Shown: piece after piece, positions 38,067 to 46,101 of the stretch
Layout: every line of letters starts with the position of its first letter
How positions within the stretch are numbered: the stretch's first letter is position 1
DNA from: Alphaproteobacteria bacterium
GTDB lineage: Bacteria; Pseudomonadota; Alphaproteobacteria; Rickettsiales; SXRF01
Direction of reading: 5' to 3'
Length of the DNA stretch: 59,512 nt
Assembly (NCBI GenBank): GCA_050249355.1
Contig: JBFWQQ010000002.1
Coordinates: 1 to 59,512, forward strand
Made by a program: the position numbers and the translations under genes
The notes under the pieces: generated by a model
The model's database searches: none
What the model saw: only the letters and a program-made list of their open reading frames with translations
Told to the model about the DNA's origin: nothing

Positions 38067-39185
38067 TCAGTTTTCTTCCTCACCCCAGCCTTCTTCCACC
38101 CAATTGTCTTCTGCTTGGGGTTCTTGCTCAGGTTCGGTTTTGGGCTGTGGGCTGCCTGCAGCAGGTTTGGCATCCTGCATATCGCGTACCGCCACCGGAT
38201 CTGCAGTAGACGGTTTTTCATCGGTTTTCGCTTTTACGGTCTGTTCAGCATTTTCTTTTTTTGCACCGCTTTCAGATTTAGGTTTTTCCTTCTCTTCTTG
38301 CACGGCTTCAGTACCTTTGCCTTTTTCTGCTTCAACCGGCTCGGTCAGTGGCACTTCCTGCTCGACCGCACTGCTATCCTTCAAGGACTCCGGATCGATG
38401 CCGGCCTCCTTTTGTTGGGCAGCGACCCATGTATCAAATTCGTCTTTTTCCACCACATCGACACGTATCGGCATGAACCCATGGCCCACACCGCACAATT
38501 CCGAACACTGGCCATAATAGGTTCCGGTTTTGGTCGCCTTGAACCACGAGCTATTCAGTCGGCCGGGCACCGCGTCACGTTTCACACCGAAAGCCGGAAC
38601 AGCCCATGCGTGTATCACATCGCCGGCGGTCAGCAGCACTTTGACCTTGGTATTCACAGGAACCACCACGCGGTTGTCCACGGAAAGGTTGCGTACATCC
38701 CCTTCCTGCAGGTCGCCCTGTTTTTTCATGTAACTGTCAAATCCGAAACCGCCATGGTCGGGGTATTCGTAATGCCAGTACCACTGGTACCCCACCACCT
38801 TCAGGGTCATGTCTGCTTCCACATCATCTTCAATGAAATAGTGTAAACGCAGCGACGGTATGGCGATAGCGATCAGTATCAGCACCGGCACCACCGTCCA
38901 GATTATCTCCAGTTTGGTGTTGTGCGCTGTTTTACTTGGGTTCGGGTTCGACTTGCGGCTGAAACGCACACATATATATATAATGAGTACCAGTACGAAT
39001 AGGGAAATGATGGTAATCAGTATAAGCAGATAATTATGTGCAGTGTACAACTGCTCCATGACCGGGCTAGCCGGCGGCGTCAGGCCCAGCTGCCAGGGCT
39101 TGGCAAGTCCCGGCACCTCATCCGCCATGGCGTGAGAATGGAATAACATGGAAAAAATCGTAATTAAAATTGTTGAGTATCTCAT
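38067..39185 (-). CDS. ctaC: Cytochrome c oxidase subunit II with a ~110-aa acidic/lysine-rich C-terminal extension
   Basis: 372 aa with two N-terminal TM helices. The CuA site is DVIHAWAVPAFG...CSELCGVGHGFMP. The tail starts IDPESLKDSS and ends DNWVEEGWGEEEN. Confidence 0.9.
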   Translation of the reverse strand: MRYSTILITIFSMLFHSHAMADEVPGLAKPWQLGLTPPASPVMEQLYTAHNYLLILITIISLFVLVLIIYICVRFSRKSNPNPSKTAHNTKLEIIWTVVPVLILIAIAIPSLRLHYFIEDDVEADMTLKVVGYQWYWHYEYPDHGGFGFDSYMKKQGDLQEGDVRNLSVDNRVVVPVNTKVKVLLTAGDVIHAWAVPAFGVKRDAVPGRLNSSWFKATKTGTYYGQCSELCGVGHGFMPIRVDVVEKDEFDTWVAAQQKEAGIDPESLKDSSAVEQEVPLTEPVEAEKGKGTEAVQEEKEKPKSESGAKKENAEQTVKAKTDEKPSTADPVAVRDMQDAKPAAGSPQPKTEPEQEPQAEDNWVEEGWGEEEN

Positions 39186-39267
39186 TGCGATTCCTGATAG
39201 TGATTCGGCAACATCTGTGTAATCTGTCCTTGCACAATTCGCAATATTTTTTATAGGGTTAAATTCT

Positions 39268-40707
39268 ATGACGGATAATGCAATGCTCGATGAATTATTT
39301 CATGCCCGCAGCCCGCTCGATAAGGATGCAGCGATACGCCTTGTGTCATCGGTGCTCGGCGGCTTGGATGACGGCGAACTGTTCCTGGAATACTGCCAGT
39401 CGGAAAGCCTCCATTTTGACGATGGCCGCCTGAAGAATGCCAGCTTCAACACCGACCAGGGGTTCGGGTTACGCTCGGTTCTGGGCGAGGCAACCGCCTA
39501 TGCCCACTCCACCGAACTGAGTGAAAGCGCCCTCAAACGCGCGGCCGAAACCGTGCAGATGGTAAATTACGGACAAAATGGCGTGCATGCGAATATCCCA
39601 CCAGCTTTCGGCACCAATGCGCGGCTTTATGAGCCGGTAAACCCGCTGGCCGAAACACCTTTTGCCGTGAAGCTCGAAACCCTGCAGAAGATCGACAGTT
39701 ACCTGCGTGCCAAGGATGACAGGGTGAGACAAGTGTCCGCTTCGCTTACCGGCGTGTGGCAGGCAGTGCGCATCATTCGTGCCAATGGCAACATTACCGG
39801 GGACATCCGCCCGCTGGTGCGCCTGAATGTAAGCGTCACAGTGGAAGAGAATGGCCGCATGGAAAATGGCAGCAGCGGCGCTGGCGCGCGTACACTGTAT
39901 GATACATATATAGAAGAATTGTCATGGAAAAAGCTGGCCGATGAAGCACTGCGGCAGGCCACCGTGAACCTGAAGGCGGTCGATGCGCCGGCCGGCGAAA
40001 TGCCGGTGGTGATGGGTGGCGGCTGGTGCGGCGTTATACTGCATGAAGCGGTAGGGCATGGGCTGGAAGGCGATTTCAACCGTAAAGGCACGTCCGCATT
40101 TGCCGGGCTGATGGGCAAGCAGGTGGCCAGCAAGGGCGTGACCATTATCGATGATGGCACACTGCCAAACCGGCGCGGATCACTGTCTATCGACGACGAA
40201 GGCACCCCCACCTCGCGTACCACACTCATCGAAGACGGCGTCCTCACCGGCTATATGCAGGACCGGCTGAACGCGCGCTTGATGGGGATGCGCGCCACCG
40301 GCAACGGCAGACGCGAGGGCTACGCCCATGCACCTATGCCCCGTATGACCAATACCTATATGCTGGCCGGAAAAGATAAGCGCGCCGATATGATCGCCTC
40401 GGTGAAAAAAGGCATCTATGCTTCTTATTTTGGTGGCGGGCAGGTGGATATCACCTCCGGCAAATTCGTGTTTTCGGCTTCGGAAGCCTACCTGATCGAG
40501 AACGGAAAGATCACCGCGCCGCTAAAAGGCGCCACTCTCATCGGCAACGGACCGGAAGCACTCACGCATGTGCAGGCGATCGGTGATGACATGTGCCTCG
40601 ATGACGGCATTGGAACCTGCGGAAAAGCAGGGCAATCGGTACCGGTAGGCGTCGGCCAGCCCAGCATGCTGATCGACCGGCTCACGGTGGGCGGCACCCA
40701 GACCTGA
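39268..40707 (+). CDS. tldD: Metalloprotease TldD
   Basis: 479 aa. Has the HEAVGHGLEGDF zinc motif, GNGRREGYAHAPMPRMTNTY and QPSMLIDRLTVGG. Confidence 0.9.
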   Translation: MTDNAMLDELFHARSPLDKDAAIRLVSSVLGGLDDGELFLEYCQSESLHFDDGRLKNASFNTDQGFGLRSVLGEATAYAHSTELSESALKRAAETVQMVNYGQNGVHANIPPAFGTNARLYEPVNPLAETPFAVKLETLQKIDSYLRAKDDRVRQVSASLTGVWQAVRIIRANGNITGDIRPLVRLNVSVTVEENGRMENGSSGAGARTLYDTYIEELSWKKLADEALRQATVNLKAVDAPAGEMPVVMGGGWCGVILHEAVGHGLEGDFNRKGTSAFAGLMGKQVASKGVTIIDDGTLPNRRGSLSIDDEGTPTSRTTLIEDGVLTGYMQDRLNARLMGMRATGNGRREGYAHAPMPRMTNTYMLAGKDKRADMIASVKKGIYASYFGGGQVDITSGKFVFSASEAYLIENGKITAPLKGATLIGNGPEALTHVQAIGDDMCLDDGIGTCGKAGQSVPVGVGQPSMLIDRLTVGGTQT

Positions 40708-40937
40708 TTTTTTCGTAAAATACCACGTAGAAAAGTTTATTTTGATTAATGTAGTAATAAAACTACAATTCCAAAGATTCAGGTGGGGTGTATTAAGAAA
40801 TATGACAGTTCGGTTACAGTTCCGTGACAGAACTGTGAATATTCATCTTTATGTAACGTTTATATTTGAATGGCCCGGGGCTTTTGGCTATGATTAACTA
40901 AATAGAAATAAAAAATCCGCAACGAAGGATCCTAATT

Positions 40938-41123
40938 ATGAGTGCTGAAATGTTTAGTTTTGCAGGGGATATTAGCCATCTTGAAGTGGCAGGAGCAACC
41001 TCAGGCCTTGCCCAGGGGATAGGCCAGAACTTCGTAGACGGTATGCACACGGAAAGTTCTTCCATGAGCGCTTCGAACGCCACCCTTCCGGAAATGGCTA
41101 CCGAAGGCATTGGCAGATTCTAA
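40938..41123 (+). CDS. Candidate small acidic Gly/Ser/Ala-rich protein (61 aa), unknown function
   Basis: MSAEMFSFAGDISHLEVAGATSGLAQGIGQNFVDGMHTESSSMSASNATLPEMATEGIGRF. A gaagga sequence lies 9 nt upstream of the ATG. The ORF sits at the end of a visibly AT-rich 230-bp spacer. Third-position GC looks lower than in neighbouring genes, so coding status is uncertain. Confidence 0.35.
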   Translation: MSAEMFSFAGDISHLEVAGATSGLAQGIGQNFVDGMHTESSSMSASNATLPEMATEGIGRF

Positions 41124-41262
41124 CAAAATCTGCTTTTTAACAGTGCGTTAGCTGCGTGTCGGCTAATATACTGTTTTTTCTTCCCTACCACAGAAAAATC
41201 GTGTAATATTAAAGGCTAATCAACAGGGGTGGCATTGCTGTGCCCCTAAAAGGTGTGTGTAG

Positions 41263-41619
41263 ATGTCGGCAAAATGGACCAGTAAACCCATTCCGGAAGA
41301 ATCGCAGGCAAAAAAGATGTCCATGGACGAGCAGTTCGTGGTGCTCCTGATGTATGGTAAAAACTCGTTTGGCGACAAAATCTACTCCTACCTGAAGATC
41401 AGCCTGCCCAACCTGCCGCGCCTGAAAAGCGCCATCAAGGCGGGCAAAGGCTTCAACCCCAGTGATTTTGGCGAAGTGATCGCCGCCGGTAAGAACGAGC
41501 CCACCACCGATGTGCGTGCGGAAATCGCTAATGCCTACCAGGTGCTCGACAGCAGCCCGGCAGCGCAAGCCGCCGTACCGGCACAACCAGCCCCAAAAAA
41601 AGCCTGGGACGAATATTAG
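41263..41619 (+). CDS. Hypothetical protein (118 aa)
   Basis: The codon third positions are GC-rich like the housekeeping genes. There is no motif I recognise. Internal Met codons (residues 19 and 21) are possible alternative starts. Confidence 0.65.
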   Translation: MSAKWTSKPIPEESQAKKMSMDEQFVVLLMYGKNSFGDKIYSYLKISLPNLPRLKSAIKAGKGFNPSDFGEVIAAGKNEPTTDVRAEIANAYQVLDSSPAAQAAVPAQPAPKKAWDEY

Positions 41620-41620
41620 C

Positions 41621-41690
41621 AGGTTTGAGGTTGTAGGTTTGAGGTTTCAGAATTAAGTTACTGTCACCTGAAACCTGAAACCTTAAACCT
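41621..41690. repeat. Long imperfect hairpin built from tandem AGGTTTNA-type units
   Basis: Left arm aggtttgaggtttcag (41635-41650) pairs 15 of 16 with right arm ctgaaacctgaaacct (41668-41683). Additional aggttt units flank both arms. The structure ends 4 nt before the lgt ATG. Confidence 0.7.
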
Positions 41691-41693
41691 TGG

Positions 41694-42491
41694 ATGCTGA
41701 CCTTTCCTTCTATCGACCCCGTAGCCCTTTCCCTTGGGCCGCTGGCCATCCGCTGGTATTCACTGGCCTATATCGGCGGCATCTTGCTCGGCTGGTGGGT
41801 GCTGATACGCGAGCATGACCGCCGTCCCATCACAGGGCTCGACCGCAAAGCACTGGACGACACGGTGATGTGGGCGGTGCTCGGCATTATCCTTGGCGGC
41901 AGGCTGGGTTATGTGCTGTTCTATAAGCCAGCCTATTACCTGTCGCACCCTATCGAAGCCTTTTATATATGGGAAGGCGGCATGTCGTTCCATGGCGGGT
42001 TGATCGGCGTGATCGTTGCGTTCTGGCTGTTCTCGCGCAAACACGGTGTGCGCTTTTTAGAACTGATGGATGTCATCGCCAGCGCCGTCCCCATCGGTCT
42101 GTTCTTCGGCCGTGTCGCCAACTTCATCAACGGCGAATTGTTCGGCCGTATCACCGACAGCCCGCTGGGCATGGTATTCCCGCATGGCGGGCCGGAGCCG
42201 CGCCACCCCAGCCAGCTGTATGAAGCAGCGCTTGAGGGGATTTTGTTGTTCGTCGTGTTACAACTGGTTTTAAAATTCACCCGCGCACGTGACAAAATCG
42301 GCCTGATCGCGGGCCTGTTCCTGATCGGCTATTCACTGGCGCGCATGACGGCCGAATATTTCCGCGAGCCGGATGCGTATCTGGGATTCATCGTTGGCGA
42401 GATCACCATGGGCCAGCTGCTCTGCCTGCCCATGCTGGCCATAGGGCTGTACCTTGCACTGCGTCCTAAGCGCAGGCAACCTGCATCATGA
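41694..42491 (+). CDS. lgt: Prolipoprotein diacylglyceryl transferase
   Basis: 265 aa. Has IRWYSLAYIGGILLGW, GGMSFHGGLIG, GRVANFINGELFGR and HPSQLYEA. Confidence 0.95.
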   Translation: MLTFPSIDPVALSLGPLAIRWYSLAYIGGILLGWWVLIREHDRRPITGLDRKALDDTVMWAVLGIILGGRLGYVLFYKPAYYLSHPIEAFYIWEGGMSFHGGLIGVIVAFWLFSRKHGVRFLELMDVIASAVPIGLFFGRVANFINGELFGRITDSPLGMVFPHGGPEPRHPSQLYEAALEGILLFVVLQLVLKFTRARDKIGLIAGLFLIGYSLARMTAEYFREPDAYLGFIVGEITMGQLLCLPMLAIGLYLALRPKRRQPAS

Positions 42492-43588
42492 GCCTGCACA
42501 GTGTCATAGCCGCGCAGATCGCCAGCAATGGCCCCCTGACCGTTTCCGAATATATGCAGCTGGCACTCTCCCATCCTGAATATGGGTATTACATGCGCAA
42601 AGACCCGCTGGGCAGCAGCGGCGATTTCACCACCGCACCCGAGATCAGCCAGATATTCGGCGAGCTGCTGGGCGCATGGACAGCGCAACAATGGAAGCAT
42701 CTGAACCAACCGGAATGCGCACTGATCGAGCTGGGGCCGGGCCGCGGCACGCTGATGAGCGACATGCTGCGCGCCACCCGCCATGTGCAGGAATTTCATG
42801 ATGCGATTAGCGTGCATCTGGTGGAAACCAGCCCGGCGATGAAGCAGAAACAATGGCAGGCGCTGGCCGGTAAACATGATGCGTTGCACTGGCACGAATC
42901 GGTGGATGAACTGCCAAAAGACAAACCATGGCTAATTGTCGCCAATGAATTTTTTGATGCGCTGCCGATCCGCCAGTTCTTGTGCCAGAACGGCGCATGG
43001 CATGAGCGGGCGGTCGGCAGCGATGACAACGGTGCGCTCACCTTCACCAGCATGCCGCTCAATACCGACAGTTGCGACAAGCAACTCAAAGAATTCCTCG
43101 GCCAGTTCGAACCGGCCTCGCTGGCAGCAGGCGATATCGTAGAGTATGGTATGGCAGCGGTGGACATCACCAGCACCATCGCCTGCCACCTACGCGATGT
43201 CGGCGGTGTGGCACTGATCGTCGATTATGGCTATGCCGGGCTCGGCATTGGCGATACGTTCCAGGCCGTGCGTACCCACCGCTACCACCCGCCCCTGCGC
43301 GATCCGGGGCAAGCCGACCTCACCGCGCATGTCGACTTCACCCGCCTTGCCATCACCGCCGAACGTTGCCATGCGGTCGCCCACGGCCCGGTGGCACAAG
43401 GTGCATTCCTCGGCAGGCTGGGCGCCATCCCGCGAGCCATCCACCTGTGCGAACAAAGCACACCCGAACAACAGGCCAACGTGATCGGCAGCGTGCGCCG
43501 CCTGATCGACCCCGACCAGATGGGCGAACTGTTCAAGGCAATGGCGATCACAGGCGGCACCCACCCCACACCGGAAGGTTTCCGCTAA
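42488..43588 (+). CDS. NDUFAF7/MidA-like class I SAM-dependent methyltransferase (DUF185)
   Basis: 366 aa. Has SGDFTTAPEISQIFGELLG, ELGPGRGTLMSDML and IVANEFFDALP. ATGA overlap with lgt. Confidence 0.8.
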   Translation: MSLHSVIAAQIASNGPLTVSEYMQLALSHPEYGYYMRKDPLGSSGDFTTAPEISQIFGELLGAWTAQQWKHLNQPECALIELGPGRGTLMSDMLRATRHVQEFHDAISVHLVETSPAMKQKQWQALAGKHDALHWHESVDELPKDKPWLIVANEFFDALPIRQFLCQNGAWHERAVGSDDNGALTFTSMPLNTDSCDKQLKEFLGQFEPASLAAGDIVEYGMAAVDITSTIACHLRDVGGVALIVDYGYAGLGIGDTFQAVRTHRYHPPLRDPGQADLTAHVDFTRLAITAERCHAVAHGPVAQGAFLGRLGAIPRAIHLCEQSTPEQQANVIGSVRRLIDPDQMGELFKAMAITGGTHPTPEGFR

Positions 43589-44343
43589 TGCTCAAATGTA
43601 CCGAACTTGCGAGTATTTCCACTATTCGCCACGGATTCTTCACCCGCGAAGGCGGAGTAAGCAGCGGCATCTATGCCTCGCTCAACTGCGGCATGGGATC
43701 AGGAGACGACAAAGCACTGGTGCAGAAAAACCGCGACATCGCGCAAGAAGCGCTCGGTGCCGATACGTTGTGCATCGCTTATCAGGTGCATAGTGCCGAT
43801 GTGCTCATCGTCGACAAACCCTTTGATAACCCGCCCGAACTTGATGCATTGGTGACCAGCACGCCCGGCCTTGCCATCGGCATACTCACCGCTGACTGTG
43901 CGCCGGTATTGCTGGCCGATCATAAGGCGGGTGTGGTCGCCGCTGCCCATGCCGGTTGGAAAGGCGCTTTTACCGGCGTGCTGGAAAACACGGTTGCCGC
44001 CATGCAGACACTCGGCGCTGAGCCGGAACGCATTATCGCCGCTATCGGCCCCACCATATGCCAGCAATCCTACGAAGTGGATATCGCCTTCAAGGAGCGC
44101 TTTGTGGAGCAGGATATCCAGAACGATATTTACTTCCTTGCGGGCCAACGCGATGGCCATTTCCTGTTCGACCTGCCCGGCTATTGCAAAGACCGGCTGA
44201 CCACGGCAGGCGTAAAGCATATAAATATACTTGCACACGATACGTATTCGGATGAGAATAGCTTTTTCAGTTTCCGGCGCGCCACCCATCGGGGTGAAAC
44301 CATGTATGGCCGCCAGCTATCTGCGATTTCGATAACCCGATGA
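43588..44343 (+). CDS. pgeF: Peptidoglycan editing factor PgeF (YfiH/laccase-domain family)
   Basis: The ORF-track entry 43072..44343 carries a spurious Arg/Pro-rich extension that overlaps the previous gene. The real start is the ATG at 43588 (TAATG overlap). It reads MLKCTELASISTIRHGFFTREGGVSSGIYASLNCG, then QVHSADV, TADCAPVLL and HAGWKG. Confidence 0.85.
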   Translation: MLKCTELASISTIRHGFFTREGGVSSGIYASLNCGMGSGDDKALVQKNRDIAQEALGADTLCIAYQVHSADVLIVDKPFDNPPELDALVTSTPGLAIGILTADCAPVLLADHKAGVVAAAHAGWKGAFTGVLENTVAAMQTLGAEPERIIAAIGPTICQQSYEVDIAFKERFVEQDIQNDIYFLAGQRDGHFLFDLPGYCKDRLTTAGVKHINILAHDTYSDENSFFSFRRATHRGETMYGRQLSAISITR

Positions 44344-44406
44344 CCCGTAACCGGATAACTTGTAATTTTTTTAGGCATCGAGTAATCCAGTTACGAATAA
44401 TCGAAC
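44331..44406. repeat. Inverted arrays of tandem 8-mers (GATRACYC type) around an AT spacer, family R4
   Basis: The left array is gataaccc gatgaccc gtaaccg gataact. The spacer is tgtaatttttttagg. The right array is catcgagtaatccagttacgaataatcgaac, in opposite orientation. The element overlaps the last codons and the stop of pgeF. A related element is at 47923-48016. Confidence 0.6.
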
Positions 44407-44428
44407 TTTCATATATTCGAGGAATGAT

Positions 44429-45322
44429 ATGACGCTTTTACCCTACGACGATCGCGACGGGATTATCTGGCTGGATGGGAACTTCGTGCCCTGGCGCGAG
44501 GCACAGACGCATGTGCTGACGCACGGGCTGCATTACGGCAGTTGCGTATTCGAAGGCGAGCGCGCTTACAGTGGCCATATCTTCAAATCGCGCGAGCACA
44601 GCCAGCGCCTGCATAATTCGGCCGAGCTGCTGGATTTTACCATCCCCTTTTCGGTGGATGAACTGGAAGACGCCAAGAAAAAGATACTCGCAAAAAACAA
44701 TCTGGTGAACGCATACATCCGGCCGGTCGCTTGGCGCGGCAGCGAAATGATGGCCGTATCCGCACAACAGGCTAAGATTCATGTCGCCATCGCCGCATGG
44801 GAATGGCCGAGCTATTTCAAAGGTGGTGCAAAAGAGCGTGGGCTGCGCCTGAAGCAATCCAGCTGGGTGCGTCCAGCGCCCAACATGGCTCCCACCGCCA
44901 GCAAGGCCGCCGGCCTGTATATGATCTGCACACTTTCAAAACATGCCGCCGAGCGTGAAGGCTTCGATGATGCGCTGATGCTGGATTATCGCGGCTTCGT
45001 AGCCGAAGCGACCGGCGCCAATATGTTCTTTTTGATGGATGGCAAGCTGCACACCCCTAACCCAGACTGTTTCCTGAACGGCATCACCCGCCGCACGGCC
45101 ATGGATCTGGCAAGAAAGCGCGGAGTAGAAATAGTAGAACGCCACATCAAACCCGAAGAGATAACCAAAGCCAGCGAAGTGTTCTTAACCGGCACCGCGG
45201 CCGAGATCACTCCGGTCGGCGAGATAAACGGCCACACCTTCAAGGTGGGTGACCTGACCAAAACACTGATGGAAGATTACGGAAAACTAGTGAACTCGGC
45301 ACCTGCCGCGCAGGTAGCTTAA
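44429..45322 (+). CDS. ilvE: Branched-chain amino acid aminotransferase
   Basis: 297 aa. Has HGLHYGSCVFEGERAY and a fold-type IV PLP enzyme pattern (GANMFFLMDGKLHTP, GITR). Confidence 0.9.
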   Translation: MTLLPYDDRDGIIWLDGNFVPWREAQTHVLTHGLHYGSCVFEGERAYSGHIFKSREHSQRLHNSAELLDFTIPFSVDELEDAKKKILAKNNLVNAYIRPVAWRGSEMMAVSAQQAKIHVAIAAWEWPSYFKGGAKERGLRLKQSSWVRPAPNMAPTASKAAGLYMICTLSKHAAEREGFDDALMLDYRGFVAEATGANMFFLMDGKLHTPNPDCFLNGITRRTAMDLARKRGVEIVERHIKPEEITKASEVFLTGTAAEITPVGEINGHTFKVGDLTKTLMEDYGKLVNSAPAAQVA

Positions 45323-45410
45323 CTTTTTATGCCCCTGTCAAAATCTACTGATTTTTACAGGGGACATCGTTCATGGCTGACTCGCACACCTGCGCTCGTA
45401 TAACAAAAAA

Positions 45411-45478
45411 GGAAGGCCAGCAGCCCGACCGAGCCTTCAGCACGCTTCATGCGAAATGCTATTCCTGCAAATGCTTCC
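45411..45478 (-). repeat. Family R1 palindromic element, copy C (reverse orientation), overlapping the pgsA 3' end. An adjacent partial copy lies at about 45372-45400.
   Basis: The reverse complement ggaagcatttgcaggaatagcatttcgcatgaagcgtgctgaaggctcggtcgggctgctggccttcc aligns with copy B. The pgsA codons WKHLQE and the stop lie inside the element. Confidence 0.8.
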
Positions 45479-46043
45479 AGCCGGTTTTGAAGTAAGCATA
45501 ACCGGTCACCAGCGTCAGTATGCCCGCGATCCACAGCAGGATGCGGCCCAGCACGTCGGCATGCAGCCCATCCGGCCCGCCCACGCCGAGCAGTAACAGG
45601 AATATCGCCACCATCTGCGCCGCCGTTTTCCATTTCGCAAGGCGCGACACCGGCACGCTCACCTGTATCTCGGCCAGGAATTCGCGCAGGCCCGAAACCA
45701 GTATCTCGCGGCAGACGATGGCAATGGCGGGAATAATATCAGCACGTATCACCGTGTCGCTGTTGGATTGCACCAGCAACATCAGCGCCGTCGCCACCAG
45801 CAGCTTATCGGCGATAGGGTCGAGGAAGCGACCGATGTTGGATTGGGCCTGCCACATGCGCGCCATGTAACCATCCAGCCAGTCGGTAACGCTGGCCAGC
45901 AGGAATATGCCCGCCGACAGCCAGTAGCCCCAATCACCCTTGATAAAAAACACCATGATCAACGCAGGAATGGCCCCGATACGGCCGTAGGTCAACCAGT
46001 TCGGCAGGTTCTTCTTCCATGCTGCGATATGCCCGTTGCTCAT
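45459..46043 (-). CDS. pgsA: CDP-diacylglycerol--glycerol-3-phosphate 3-phosphatidyltransferase
   Basis: 194 aa. Has the CDP-alcohol phosphatidyltransferase motif DWLDGYMARMWQAQSNIGRFLDPIADK. Confidence 0.9.
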   Translation of the reverse strand: MSNGHIAAWKKNLPNWLTYGRIGAIPALIMVFFIKGDWGYWLSAGIFLLASVTDWLDGYMARMWQAQSNIGRFLDPIADKLLVATALMLLVQSNSDTVIRADIIPAIAIVCREILVSGLREFLAEIQVSVPVSRLAKWKTAAQMVAIFLLLLGVGGPDGLHADVLGRILLWIAGILTLVTGYAYFKTGWKHLQE

Positions 46044-46101
46044 GCCTTATCCGGTTTTTTTGTTGGAACCGTCTCTTACCATGTCTGGCGGTGGGTTTCC
46101 A

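Noticed and set aside
43072-43587. A 172-codon N-terminal extension of the pgeF ORF (Arg/Pro/His-rich)
   Set aside because: It lies entirely inside the NDUFAF7-like gene in another frame and has low-complexity GC-driven composition. The PgeF homology begins at the ATG at 43588.
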